From assembly GCF_964355755.1 (NCBI RefSeq), contig NC_092673.1:18039648-18103647 (forward strand): DNA of 64,000 nucleotides, read 5' to 3'. Made by a program: the position numbers and the translations under genes. The notes below the pieces were generated by a model. It ran no database searches, was not told the DNA's origin, and saw nothing but the letters and a program-made list of their open reading frames with translations. Positions 1 to 13,100 of this stretch are shown here, piece after piece; within the stretch, counting starts at the first letter, position 1; each line of letters begins with the position of its first letter. The DNA comes from Antedon mediterranea. Taxonomy: Eukaryota; Animalia; Echinodermata.

Positions 1-480
1 TCTTAGTTGACTTAAAGCTCGCTTATATCTAGTATCAAGGGTCTGTAGTAAGTATCCATCTACTCCGAAATTGTTTTTGAACATTTTATAATATCTTAAT
101 TTTGAAGAAATATTGATGCTTTCATGAAAGGATTGGCGTTCCATATCGGTTAGCCTTTCTTTTATTTTATTAATTATATGAAATTTATCAAGGACATTAT
201 TTTGTGAAAACCATGTTTCCATGACCAATAGAGCATAACATATGTTTTACATCGCTTACCCAACAATTACTATTATTTTGCGCTTTATGAAGTTGAGATT
301 TATAACATTTCTTCGCATATCTGTCCTCGTTCATATTTACTAGTCTTACCCAATAACGGATAACATTGAGTACACCTTCGATTGATAAAGAGAATCGTCT
401 ACATGCTCCTCTAATTGAAACATTTGTGGCTCATTTCCCGACCCCTAAAACATATCTACAGAAATTATTTTGAATATCAT
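1..480 (-). mobile_element. Decayed non-LTR retrotransposon (LINE) ORF2, 3' part; continues at 7969-9560 on the other side of the BEL insertion
   Basis: Minus strand near 420-478 reads QNNFCRYVLGV, typical of LINE post-RT sequence; collinear with RT fragments right of the BEL element. Confidence 0.6.
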
Positions 481-1096
481 TGTAAGTGCCAAATCCAAGC
501 TAGGTATACTGTGCTTGTGTTCACTGAAGGGTGTCAAGTGAACAGGTGACCAACCATATGGGTTATGCTAATGAGGGCATAGCTTGCTTGGGCTGTGGCT
601 GGCAGTTGGATAGTTAGGCTTGTTGGGTAAGGACCTAGCAAGCACAAAAGGCTTATTTAGAAGCCTAAGCTGGCCTAGCTCTAGAAGTGGTAGATGTACC
701 AAGGCTTACTTAGAAGCCTAAGCTGGCCTAGCTATAGAAGTGATGTACCAAGGCTTACTTAGAAGCCTAAAGGTGTAGTACAGTAGTAATTGATATAGTG
801 TATAGCTATAGCTGCACATGTTATCCAGGCATATCTTTGGTAAGCAATTGAGACTTATCTTATTATTATTATAGTTATTTTGAACCAAGAATTATTTATA
901 TTGTATTGTTTTATCTATGACTTATTTAGATACTTATGTAAGGTCTATTATTATTGTATAGAATTATTTATGTTGTACTGTATGATAGATACCGTATATA
1001 TTATTTGTAATCATTATTTATTTGTTATAGTAAATCGGATCAAGTCGGAGAACAATTAAATTCCGCATTTGCAAGAAACCTGTTTGTGCAGTTATA
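481..1096 (+). repeat. 5' LTR of BEL/Pao element (616 bp)
   Basis: Direct repeat of 7341-7968; contains ~3 internal ~50-bp subrepeats (aaggcttacttagaagcctaag...). Confidence 0.95.
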
Positions 1097-1119
1097 AAAT
1101 TTACAAAGACATATCCACG

Positions 1120-4100
1120 ATGGCTGAAGCTGCTTCAGAGAAATCAGTTAGAGTAAAACGTAAGACCGAGAAGGGTGCAGAGTATGAAAAGGAATGAAAG
1201 TTGAAAGGAATCAAAGAGTTGTGGCGTCGTGTTAAATTTGTGTCAGAAGCGTTGAAAGCTTCTTTGAATAAGGAAGTTACAAGAGAAAATCTGATTAAGG
1301 TGCATCAAGATTGGTTAATGGTGTATGGTGAATTTATGTTCCTTCATGATGAAATTTGTGGCTTGCTGAACGAGGAAGAGAAAATAATGTATAATGAATG
1401 GTTTGAAGACAAAGATGTGTGGTTGGCAAACTTAAAGGCTAAGGTAGAGGATTGGTTTGCGGTGCTTGAGGTAGAGCAGTCTGCGGCGGTAAATTCTCAT
1501 CGCTCCGCAAGCAGGAAATCAACTAACAGTTCAAAATATTCTAAACGATCACTAAGTGCTTCTGTGATTCAAGAAGAGCAAAAACATGCAGAGTTGCTAG
1601 CCAGGCAGAGGAGTCTCACAGAAAAGCAGAGAATTCAACAGGAAGAGTTCAAACTGAAACAAGAAGAGTTCAAACTCAAACAGTTAAAAGAAGAAAACGC
1701 TTTAAAAGAAGAGATAGACGTCGCCGAAGCAAGATTGAATGTTGCAAGGGATTTCGCAAGCGGAAGTGGTTCTGGTAGCCACAAAAGTACGTCATCAATG
1801 GAAGGGTTTCTAGATAGTGCATACCGACGAAATGTGTTATCGTTTGGTCCAGCGGATCCTGCTACTATTCCTGTATTAGATTTAGACCCATTGGATCCTG
1901 TTGTAGTCCCTGTTGTTCCTGGTGATGTAACACAAGCCTTTGCTCCAGCCGATCATGTTACAATTCCTGTGCTAACGTCAGTTGTTCCTGTGGTAGTACC
2001 TGCTGTTCCCGTAAATGTACTGGCAACCCAAAACTTTGCTCAAGCAGATCCTGCTCCTACTACAATTCTTAACTTAGCTTCGAACACAGTGGCTCCTGTG
2101 GGGGTTCCTGTTACGCAAAGTCATCTGTTTCCGCAAAACCGGCAGGGTTGTCAGGATTCTTTTTCTTCTAATAGAAATGTTGGTTCTACTGATATGAACG
2201 AGGTGATAAGGACTATGCGGAAGCCACAAATGGAAATTAAGAAATTTGCAGGTGAATCCTTGGAATTCAAACGTTTTATAAGACAATTTAAGTCTAGAGT
2301 GGAACAGTTTTGTTCAGCAGATGAGAAATTGCAGTACCTGGAACAATTTACAACTGGAGAGGCCCATCGCATAGTTAAAGGATTTTCTTACCTAGACGCA
2401 GACACGGGGTACCCATCGGCAATCAAAGAATTGACAGAACGTTATGGTGATCCTGAAGTGATAGCCAACGCATTTGTTAAGAAGCTGTATTCATGGCCTG
2501 TTCTTCGTTCTTCAGATTCCAAATCCTTGGATGATTTTGCTATTTTCCTGAAAGAGTGTGAGGCAGCTACGCAGTGTGTGGGCAGTTTGGCTGTGCTTGA
2601 ATTTTTTGAGAATCTTAAAACTATTGTTACTAAGCTACCCTACAACTTGCAGGAAAGATGGCGAGGAAAGGTGTATGACTTGAAGGCCAAGCAGGAACGA
2701 GTAAAATTTAGTGACCTTGTTGAATTTGTACGAAAAGAAGCCAAAAAGTCTAATGATCCCGTGTATGGCAAACTTCAACTTGATGCTAGAGGCAACAAGT
2801 TCAAGGAGTCTTCTAAGGTGTCTGCAGTAAATGTAAAGCAAGTGGAGAAGTGTTTGTGTTGTGAAAGGCCACATTCAGTCGCTCAATGCTCAGAAATGAA
2901 AAGGATGGCTATTCAAGAACGGTTTGAGATGCTAAAGAGAAAAAATGTCTGTTTTTTGTGTCTTGGTAAAGGTCATACAAAGAGATGGTGTTCATCCGGC
3001 ATCACATGTTCGAAATGTAGAGGTACCCACAACACATTGTTGCATTATGACAATAGAGAGGTAATATATGGTAAAACCAAAGGCAATTTTCCCGCAGTAT
3101 TAACGTCTACGACACCTAAACATGCTGTACCAACATCTGTCACTGATGGTAGTAGCTGTGTAACCTCTGAAGGAAAATTAGAATGCACGCTTGCTGTGAT
3201 AGCTGTTAAAGTGTGTGTAGGTTGGAAATGTACTCTGTGTTATGCTTTCCTCGATCCAGGAAGTAATGTATCTTTCTGTAGCCAAAGGTTGATGACAGAA
3301 TTAGGTGTGCAAGGCAAGAAAAGATCTATAACCTTAGATACTATGTTAAATTCTCAACTTGTTGAAACCTGTACTGTAGATGGTCTAATTGTTTCGGATA
3401 TTGAAGGTAACAGTAGCATTCGTATGCCCGCTGTCTACAACAAAGACAAAATACCTGTTAAAATCGAACACATTCCAACAATGAAAGATATAGAACAATG
3501 GGGTCATTTACATGATGTTAAACTGCACCAGCTTTCATCAAACGCAACCATAGATCTTCTTATTGGAAATAATGTCCCGGATGCGTACACCCCATCAGAT
3601 ATTAGAACGGGTCCACCAAGCTCTCCTCATGCTACCAAGACTGCTTTGGACTGGATTCCTTGGAATGTCATTCGGATTGGTAATACTACAAATGTCAACT
3701 CAAGTTTCATCAATGTGGCTATATCTAAACGTGACGAGTCAGAAAGTCTAGAGAGAACATACAGAGAAAGTTTAAAATACGATTTTCCGGAAAGAGTTAT
3801 AGACGATAAAAGAGAGTGGTCACAAGAAGATAAACGATTTATTAAAATAATGACTGATAGCTGTAACTTTGTTGACGGTCACTATCAGATGGAGCTTCCT
3901 TTAAGAGACAAGAAATTAAAGTTACCGTGCAACGAAAACCTTGCTAAACATAGACTGGAAAGCCTTCGGAGGAAGTTAATTCGCAACGATACCTTTAAAC
4001 AGGATTATGTTAAATTTATGACTAGCGTTATAGACCAGGGTTATGCGGAAGAGGTTTCACCTTATGAATCGCAAGATGGTTTAACGTGGTATATCATCAT

Positions 4101-7100
4101 CATGGTGTCTATCACCCGAAAAAACCCACGAAGATACGGGTTGTGTTCGATTGTGCCGCTCGGTATCTTGGTGTTGCGTTGAATGATCTTCTTTTATGTG
4201 GTCCTAATTTGCTCAACAATTTAAATGGTATTCTACTTAGATTTCGTCAGCATCCTGTAGCTTTTATGAGTGACATCGAGACCATGTTCTACCAAGTAAA
4301 AGTTCCTGAAAAGCATCGCAATCTTTTTCGCTTCTTTTGGTGGTCAGGTGGCGATCTAGAAGCAACTCCTATCAAGTACAGGATGACTGTCCATCTGTTC
4401 GGAGCCACGTCATCTCCGTCTTGCGCTAATTTTGCATTGCAACAAACAGCCAAAGACAACCAGAAATTACATAGTAAAGAGGCAGTATCAACTGTACTAA
4501 ATGATTTCTACATGGATGACTGTTTGCGATCAGTTGAGTCTACACAAAAGGCACTCGGTTTAATTCAAGAGTTGAAGAACTTATGTCAAAAAGGCGGATT
4601 CAACCTTACAAAATGGGTCTGCACCAACAAATATATTCTATCGCAAATTCCAGTCGAAGACCGGACCAAAGGAGTATTGAACTTGGATCTTGACCATTCT
4701 CCGCTACCAAAAGAACGAGCACTAGGCCTTCAATGGGATGTGGAAAAGGACTTGTTCGGGTTTAGTATTGGCAAGTTTAAAGCAGAAAACACAAGAAGAG
4801 CAATCTTATCTGCTGTTAGCACTATTTATGACCCCTTAGGGTTTGTTGCGCCTGTCAGCGTGTCGGCAAAGAACCTACTTCAAGATTTATGTAAACTAAA
4901 GTTAGGATGGGATGAACGTATACCGGACGAGCATGCGATGAAATGGCAGAATTGGTGTAAGCAAATTTGTCTCATTGAATCCGTAACTGTACCTAGATGT
5001 TACGTACCAGGAAGCAATTCACATTTCGTCAATACTCAAGTCCATGCATTTTCTGACGCCAGTGCCGAAGGTTATGGTTGTGTGATCTATCTTAGGCAAA
5101 TAAGTGAGCAGGGAAAAATTAGATGTTCTTTCGTAACGGGGAAAGCTCGCGTGGCTCCTATAAAGAAAGTAACTATCCCAAGAATGGAACTAACAGCAGC
5201 AACTATGTCAGTCAAAATCTGTGCAGTTGTTCTCCGAGAGTTGGATATCAAACTCCACCAAACCTTCTACTGGACAGATAGTACCTCAGTGCTGAGATAC
5301 ATAGCTAATGAGTCCTCACGCTTTCATACCTTTGTGTCCAACAGAGTAACCATCATAAGGAGTGCAACTAGTAATAAACCGATGGAAGTTTGTTGATACC
5401 AAACAAAATCCGGCAGATGTTGCGTCAAGAGGACAGAATCCTAAACAATTTCTTTCGGATCCAGTATGGCTTCAAGGTCCAAGGTTTCTATTGGAAGATG
5501 AAGGTAAATGGCCTCAGCAAATAATATCAATGAAAGAGGATTCAAGAGATTGTGAGGTAAAAGCAAGCCACTCTACTCAGGTTAATGATATTAATCATCC
5601 AGTGTGTATACTAGTTGAACACTATTCATCTTGGCACTCGCTTAAGAAGGCAGTTGCATATATTTTAAAGGTGAAAGGTGTATTGCTGAGGAAAATAAGA
5701 GGCGCTACTCGATCACACACAAGCGGATCCCACAGGTTAACTGTTCGTGACCTTCATGAAGCGGAAATGTTGATTGTGAAACACGTTCAAAGAAAGTTTT
5801 ATTCCGAAGAGATGGAAGTTCTGCAGAGAAGTACAGAAAGTAACACAATGATAGTTTCAAGATCCAGCCCTTTGTATAGACTGGATCCATGGTTAAACGA
5901 AGGAGTTCTAAATGTTGGTGGACGCCTGAATCTGGCAGACATCTCGACAAATGCAAAGCACCCAATCATCATTCCCAAACAATCACTTGTTGCTAGTTTA
6001 ATGCTTGATGACATTCATCGAAGAAGTGGGCACAGTGGCCGAAATATGATGTTATCTGTACTTCGGGAAAAATATTGGGTAATAGGCGCCAACGCATTAG
6101 CTCGTAAGATTACTAACAGGTGTGTACAATGCAGAAAATATCGTGGGAAAACAATGGAACAAATGATGGCAAATCTACCTGCTGATAGAGTGACATCAGG
6201 CCAAGCTGCATTTACTAGAGTAGGCATGGACTTTTTTGGACCAATTGAAGTCAAGCAAAGACGAAGCACTGTCAAAAGATATGGTGTGGTATTTGTGTGT
6301 CTGTCCTCTAAGGCAATCCATATTGAAATAGCTAGTTCCCTGGATACAAACGCCTGTATAAACGCCATAAGACGATTTACAGCTAGACGAGGACCAGTGA
6401 AGCAAATTAGGTCTGACAATGGTACAAACCTCGTTGGAACATGCCGAGAGATGAGTAAGGAAATTAAGGCGTGGAACCAAGCCAGAATTTATGAAACTTT
6501 GCTGCAAAAGGATATAGACTGGGTATTTAATCCACCCACCGGATCCCATTATGGTGGGATATGGGAACGTCAAATCAGAACTATACGGCAGATATTATAT
6601 GCATTAGTCCAAAGTCAGACGTTAACAGATGATACCTTGCATACATTCATTTGTGAAGTGGAAAACATTGTCAACAATAGGCCAATAACAAGCAATCAGG
6701 AGGATGTTAACGATCTTAAACCCCTCACACCTAACCAACTCATACTTCTAAAGGGTGATGTAAATCTACCACCTTGTAATTCTGAGAATAAATCCAATTA
6801 CTTCCGGAGAAGATGGAAACAAGCTCAATATTTGGCTGATCGTTTCTGGGAGAGATGGAAAAGTGAATATCTTCCGCTTTTACAAAGAAGACAAAAGTGG
6901 TTATCTCCAAGAAGAAATGCTAAAATTGGAGATATTGTTTTACTGATAAGTGAGAACACCCCAAGAAATGTGTGGCCAATGGGTAAAGTTGTGGAGACAT
7001 TACCAAACAAGGATGGGTTTGTTCGGCAAGTAAAGGTAAAGACACATGCAAGTATCCTGACGAGACCTGTGAGTAAACTATGTTTGCTGTTGGAGAATGA

Positions 7101-7116
7101 TGATCCGGAAAAGTAA
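1120..7116 (+). pseudogene. BEL/Pao gag-pol polyprotein with one in-frame stop and two frameshifts
   Basis: ATG 1120 in frame with ORF 1201-4182 but TGA at 1195-1197; triple Cys/His knuckle (CLCC..H..C, CFLC..GH..C, CSKC..HNTLLH); protease FLDPGS; RT HHGVYHPKK..RVVFD and YMDD; RNaseH FSDAS..PRMEL..WTDS; integrase H-H-C-C, MDFFGP, SDNGTN, WER; frameshifts near 4095 and 5380. Confidence 0.93.
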
Positions 7117-7340
7117 ATCCTATATTATTCTGGATTGAACAAAACAAAGAAGGAAGCTGAGAAAACTTAAGAAACTTTAAATGAACTTTATATTTAACTT
7201 TATTTTTGTCGCCACTTATATACATTGTTGTTTAACATTATAGTCAATAAGTTGATGGATAATTTGTGTTATAGGCCTGGATTTTACACTTTCATTGTAT
7301 TTGTATGTAGAATTGTGCAATGCGCAATTGTGGGTGGGTA

Positions 7341-7968
7341 TGTAAGTGCCAAATCCAAGCTAGGTATACTGTGCTTGTGTTCACTGAAGGGTGTCAAGTG
7401 AACAGGTGACCAACCATATGGGTTATGCTAATGAGGGCATAGCTTGCTTGGGCTGTGGCTGGCAGTTGGATAGTTAGGCTTGTTGGGTAAGGACCTAGCA
7501 AGCACAAAAGGCTTATTTAGAAGCCTAAGCTGGCCTAGCTCTAGAAGTGGTAGATGTACCAAGGCTTACTTAGAAGCCTAAGCTGGCCTAGCTATAGAAG
7601 TGATGTACCAAGGCTTACTTAGAAGCCTAAAGGTGTAGTACAGTAGTAATTGATATAGTGTATAGCTATAGCTGCACATGTTATCCAGGCATATCTTTGG
7701 TAAGCAATTGAGACTTATCTTATTATTATTATAGTTGTAATTATTTTGAACCAAGAATTATTTATATTGTATTGTTTTATCTATGACTTATTTAGATACT
7801 TATGTAAGGTCTATTATTATTGTATAGAATTATTTATGTTGTACTGTATGATAGATACCGTATACCGGTATATTATTTGTAATCATTATTTATTTGTTAT
7901 AGTAAATCGGATCAAGTCGGAGAACAATTAAATTCCGCATTTGCAAGAAACTTGTTTGTGCAGTTATA
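7341..7968 (+). repeat. 3' LTR of BEL/Pao element (628 bp)
   Basis: Direct repeat of 481-1096 with two ~6-bp insertions and about one substitution. Confidence 0.95.
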
Positions 7969-9560
7969 ATCATCAATTTTTTTGTTGTTTAGTTTTCCCC
8001 ATATTTCACTACCATACAGTATAATTGGGTTTATTTTAACATCAAATAAGTAGTTCCAAATATTCACTGGTAAATGTCCATATTTCTGATATACTATATT
8101 TTTGAGTGAGAAAAGTGCTTTATTAGCCTGTGTATTATTTTGTTCTCTGGCCTTTTCCCAAATTCCTGAACAATCGAAAGTGATATTTAAGAGATTTTAC
8201 TATTTCAATTTCTTTACCAAGTTAATTCCACTTTTCGTAGTTCTTAAGTTTTCCATTTTTTTAAAATACTATTATTTTACTTTTGTCAATGTTAACTACC
8301 AATCCCCACCTATTACAATAATATGCTAATTTATTTAAAAGATCTTGTAATGAGTACACTGTATCACTGATTAAAACTAGATCATCTGCATACAGTAGGT
8401 GATTAATATTTATGTTATCAATTTTTATTTTGTTTCGATTTTCAGCAGTATGTAATAACTCAGTTATATCATTAAATAATAATGAAGATAAAGGTGACCC
8501 TTGTTGTATTCCTACTTCACATTTAAAGGATTCTCCAATTTTGTTGCCAACCTTTATATGCCCTTTTTAGTTTACTATACATTGTTTTTATAACTTTGAT
8601 TATTTTACCTTTTATACCAGATTTTCTTAGTTTACTTATAAGGAAATCGTGTCTAATAGAATCGAAAGCGCGTTTTAAATCTATAAACGCCATGTACACA
8701 GTTCCTCGTTTTTTTGAGAGATATTTGTTAACAATTGTGTCTAAAATAAATATGTTATCAATAGGACGACAATCTTTTCTAAACCTTCCCTGTTCTTGAT
8801 GTAATATTTCATTTTCTTCTGTCCATTTGCTTAATCTATTGCTTATAATGTATAAAAACACCTTGCCTAAAGTGGATATTCAAGGATACGCCTCTATAAT
8901 TTGCTGGTTGATCTCTTTTACCCTTTTTAAATATAGGAATAATAATGCTTGTTGCCCATTGTTGGGGAAAATTTCCAGAGGTAAAAATACTATTAACAAT
9001 TTTCGTAATAATAGCAGCATTTGGCATACAAGTAAAAAATTCAATTGGAAATCCATCAATACCTGGAGCTTTACCCCTTTTCTGTGCTTTAATTGCATAA
9101 ATTACCTCTTCCCGGCTGATTTCTTCATTGTAACAATCGTTATGTTCGCAATTGTTATCGTTATCGTCTTCTATATTGATTTCTTGTATATTATTTGTTT
9201 GATTTTGGAACATTGTTTTGAAGTAATCATGCCATTTTTTAAGTGTAATGTTTGTCACGTTTTGTTGTCGTTTGGTTTTTAGGTTTTTCCAAAATGTTGT
9301 ACTGTTATGTTCCTTTATTAACCTGATTAATTTTTTTTGTGATGAATTTTTATGTTTATTTTTTTAATTTTATTAATTTTTTATAACTCCTTTTCTTTAA
9401 CAGATATTCATTTAATAGGGTGTTAGTTTTGTATTTTCTATATTTATTAAGAATGCTACGAATAATAATTTTCTTTTTTATGCATTGACGATCAAACCAT
9501 GTATTCTTGGGCAATTTTTTTTTTGTATTTGTGTTTGTTTTTTTGTATTTATGTACATTT
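7969..9560 (-). mobile_element. Decayed LINE ORF2 (RT region)
   Basis: Minus-strand fragments KAPGIDG, NYRGVSL, QEQGRFRK..DNIFIL..AFIDLKRAFDSI, GIQQGSPLS and LYADD; multiple frameshifts. Confidence 0.88.
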
Positions 9561-10033
9561 ATAGTACACTGGTTTTCATTAGGTGTTAAAAATCAGTACC
9601 GGAAGTATGTACAAACTTTCTCTACCATTGAGTATAAATTCTAGAAGTTGCACTTAATTTACTGAAATTTCCCATTACCTAAATTTATATGTAAATTCAT
9701 TAAACTGCTTATTGGTCTCATATTGTTAACATCTAAACATTTGTTTGTACAATTTTATGAAATATGTATTTTATTAATGTTTACATTTTGTGATTGATAT
9801 TGTACAGTAAGTAGATTTTAATGATTACTTACATTAAGTAATAGGCTAACAATCACTAGATCTGATCCATGGTAAGATATTATATTTTGTTTTCATTTAT
9901 CAATAATGATAATTAGGATTTTATCACATTATTTAGCAGTAATTGTTGTTGTTTGTATTTACAAAAAAAACCAATTTCACATAATATCTGTTGTCAGTAT
10001 TTATAAACGTTCATGATTATGATTCCTTTCCAG

Positions 10034-10147
10034 GATGGTAACACTCCATTACAGTCATATCTGTGGAGTGTATATACACCTACCTTAGAAATAGTGACGT
10101 GTCTCATTCAGCATGGGGCACCATTGGCATTAGCATTGCAAAATAAG
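10034..10147 (+). CDS. Ankyrin-repeat exon (phase 0/0)
   Basis: ttccag|DGNTPLQSYLWSVYTPTLEIVTCLIQHGAPLALALQNK|gt matches the ankyrin consensus G-TPL..IV..L+.HGA. Confidence 0.85.
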
Positions 10148-13100
10148 GTAAATGTACAGGGATTTGCTAGTGTAATAGGCTAACATTCTATAGATCTGCT
10201 GAAGTAAACCATTCAATGAGAGAAAAAAGTAAGCACATTAACAAAAATCAAATTTTATTAAAACAAACCAAATAAAAAAATAACTAAATAGTTATATATG
10301 ATTTATGATAACTGATTTAAAGTGTAAAGTCTAATTAATTGTAAATATGAAATAAAATTCGACAACTACTAAACAACTAAAAAATGTTTATGTTAAAAAA
10401 ATTAATAGAATCTGATTTTAATAAAAAATGATTATTAATTAAAAACCTGCTCCCTCCCTTACCTTACAAAAAATGCTTCTGTCAGTCTATCCAGCTAATT
10501 ATGAACATGGCCTTAAAGAAATCCGTTTCCAACCTAGGGTCTTTTTGTGCAAACATTTGCCACAAAATGAAGAGAAATGTACACAATGTTTTGTTAGTTT
10601 TCAAAATCTAAATTGTTTGAGTAATGCAATTTAATAAAGAAAAGTAATATGAAATTAGTCTTTTCAAACTGAATGCTTTTAAGAAAAGTTCCGTCTCTTA
10701 TCTTATGACTTTTTTGAAAAAATTAATTCTCGTTAAAATATAATATACTAGTAAGTGCTCACAGATGCTTCTCGAATACATGAACTTTGGTAAATAACTG
10801 AAAATTGCACTGTACACAAAGCAATACAGATATGATGGAATTTATGTATTCAAATATAATTTTCATCCTGAGAATGACCTTAATTTTGTTTATTGCATGG
10901 TATTGTTCACCAAATTTCTGTCTTGGTACATTTGATGATGGGATGGTACTGTATCAGGCTTCATGATATGATATGATCTTCATCGAGGCAAATGATAAAT
11001 TTGTTTTGATCGTCAATATTCATTCATTCATTCATTCAGGCTTATCGCCTGACTTTATTTACTTTAGGCCTCTGGCCCCTAGTAATTAATAAAATAATAA
11101 TTACATTGAAAAATAAAGCAATTTATGGTCACAAGATAAATGAATTAATTAATTTCGTTCTCTAAGCAAAACATATATCTTAACTTATTAGCATGATAAA
11201 TATATTTAGATAGATTATCAATAATTATTGAATCCTGTGATAATATTAAACGGCAGAATTTAAAAGTATTTGGATTTTCAAAAAGAAGGTATAAATTTTT
11301 TTCTGATTTCCTTGTAACGAGAGCAAACTGTAACAAAATGATATTCATCTTCAACTTCATTTATATCACATATTTTACATAACCTATTTCTGCGTTCTAT
11401 TCTTTTCCAGTACAGTAAGTAGATAACCATAATAAATGCACCCGCTCCCAAAGTAATAATGACTTATCTATTCTATTAGGGAATAACTCTCAGGGTAAAA
11501 GAACTTTTGTTTATAGATCAACTAAATTATGGAATTCTCTACCAAATAACACAAAATCAGAACTGCATAATATGTCTTTGGCAACTTTTAAATCTTCACT
11601 ATAGAAAACATATATGTATTAACCTTTTTGCCTTCACAATTGTAAATAGTTTTATATCTGTTTTCTTTCCTTTTATTTTTCTTTTTTTTTTATTTTTGTT
11701 GTAAATATGTTTACTGAACCACTTTGGAAATCAGTACATTTGTATTGAAAGTGTATTTCAGTTTAAAGAAAGAAGAAATAAATAAATAAATAGATTTTAA
11801 TGATTACTTACATTAAAGTAATAGGCTAACAATCACTAGATCTGATCCATGGTAAGATATTATATTTTGTTTTCATTTATCAATAATGATAATTAGGATT
11901 TTATCACATTATTTAGCAGTAATTGTTGTTGTTTATATTAACAAACAAAAAACAATTTCACATAATGTCTGTTGTCAGTATTTATAAACATTCATGATTA
12001 TGATTCCTTTCCAGTATGGTGACACTCTATTACATTCATATTTGAGGAGTACTGCACCTACCTTAGAAATAGTGACGTGTCTCATTCAGCATGGGGCACC
12101 ATTAGCATTGCAAAATAAGGTAATGTACAGGGATTTGCTAGTGTAATAGGCTAACATTCTATACATCTGATGTGGTAAACCATTCTATTTTGTTCTGGTT
12201 TACCACATTATTTAGCAGTAATTTTTACTGTATTGTCTCATATTATGGTATATCTGCAGCATTGCAAAATAGGGTAATGTAGGCTTACAAAGAATTGTCA
12301 GGACAATTTCACATTTTATTGTTATCAGTATTTATAAACTTCAACTTCAGTATCAATTAGCCTCCATATTAATCAATAGTATTACTACCTCAAAGAGTAG
12401 TATTATTTAATCAGACTTACAGATATAGAATTCTAAAGTGTTTGATTTTGTTCACATTTTCTCTTTTTACACATAGCACATTCTAACAAGTTTGTTTTGA
12501 TTTAGATATTCATTTATAAGTCAACTATAATTGTAATGTGTTGTTGTTGTTTTAATATTTCATTTGTATCTGGATAGTATCCAAATATTATTTTCTTTGA
12601 AAGTTTATAGTAAAACTATTTGTTGTTTTATATTATGGCTCAAACATTTTAACACATCTACCTACTGTTCCAAAGTAAACTTTTATTCAATTTATCTCTC
12701 TCTCTCTCTCCTCCATCTTTCAATGTTGAAGGCGGTAGACTATAAACGGCAGCGCTTAAGTTTTGGTTTGGATACAGGAGTTATAGGTGGCGCACTGTAC
12801 AAATTGATGTCATTTATTGGCAAATAGTATACAAATAATGAATGTTTATGAGTGCAATGGTACAAATAATGGCACGAGGTGAATGATGAAAGGTTATATC
12901 AACGAGGCAAAGCCGAGTTGATATAACCTTTCATCATTCACCTCGTGCCATTATTTGTACCATTACACGAATACAAAACATTCATTATTTGTTTTATATA
13001 ACATCTAAATAACAAACAAAAATGTTTCAAAAAGTACTATTTAACGATCGTTGAATAGTGCGTACTATTGCACGCCATGTGACCCACATTCGTCCAATCA

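Larger units (their letters stand above)
481..7968 (+). mobile_element. Full-length BEL/Pao LTR retrotransposon (defective copy)
   Basis: Near-identical LTRs 481-1096 and 7341-7968; 5-bp TSD ATCAT at 476-480 and 7969-7973; purine-rich tract before the 3' LTR; gag-PR-RT-RNaseH-INT motifs. Confidence 0.95.
9800..12290 (+). repeat. Local duplication of an intron+ankyrin-exon unit (~9800-10215 vs ~11410-11424 plus 11790-12190; degenerate third trace ~12200-12340)
   Basis: ~400 bp of highly similar sequence repeated around the two ankyrin exons. Confidence 0.85.

Noticed and set aside
2074-7225. Antisense ORFs overlapping the BEL pol
   Set aside because: Shadow ORFs of the long sense-strand coding region
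10511-11000. TTAA-flanked DNA transposon starting ttaaagaaatccgtttcc
   Set aside because: No matching inverted end found
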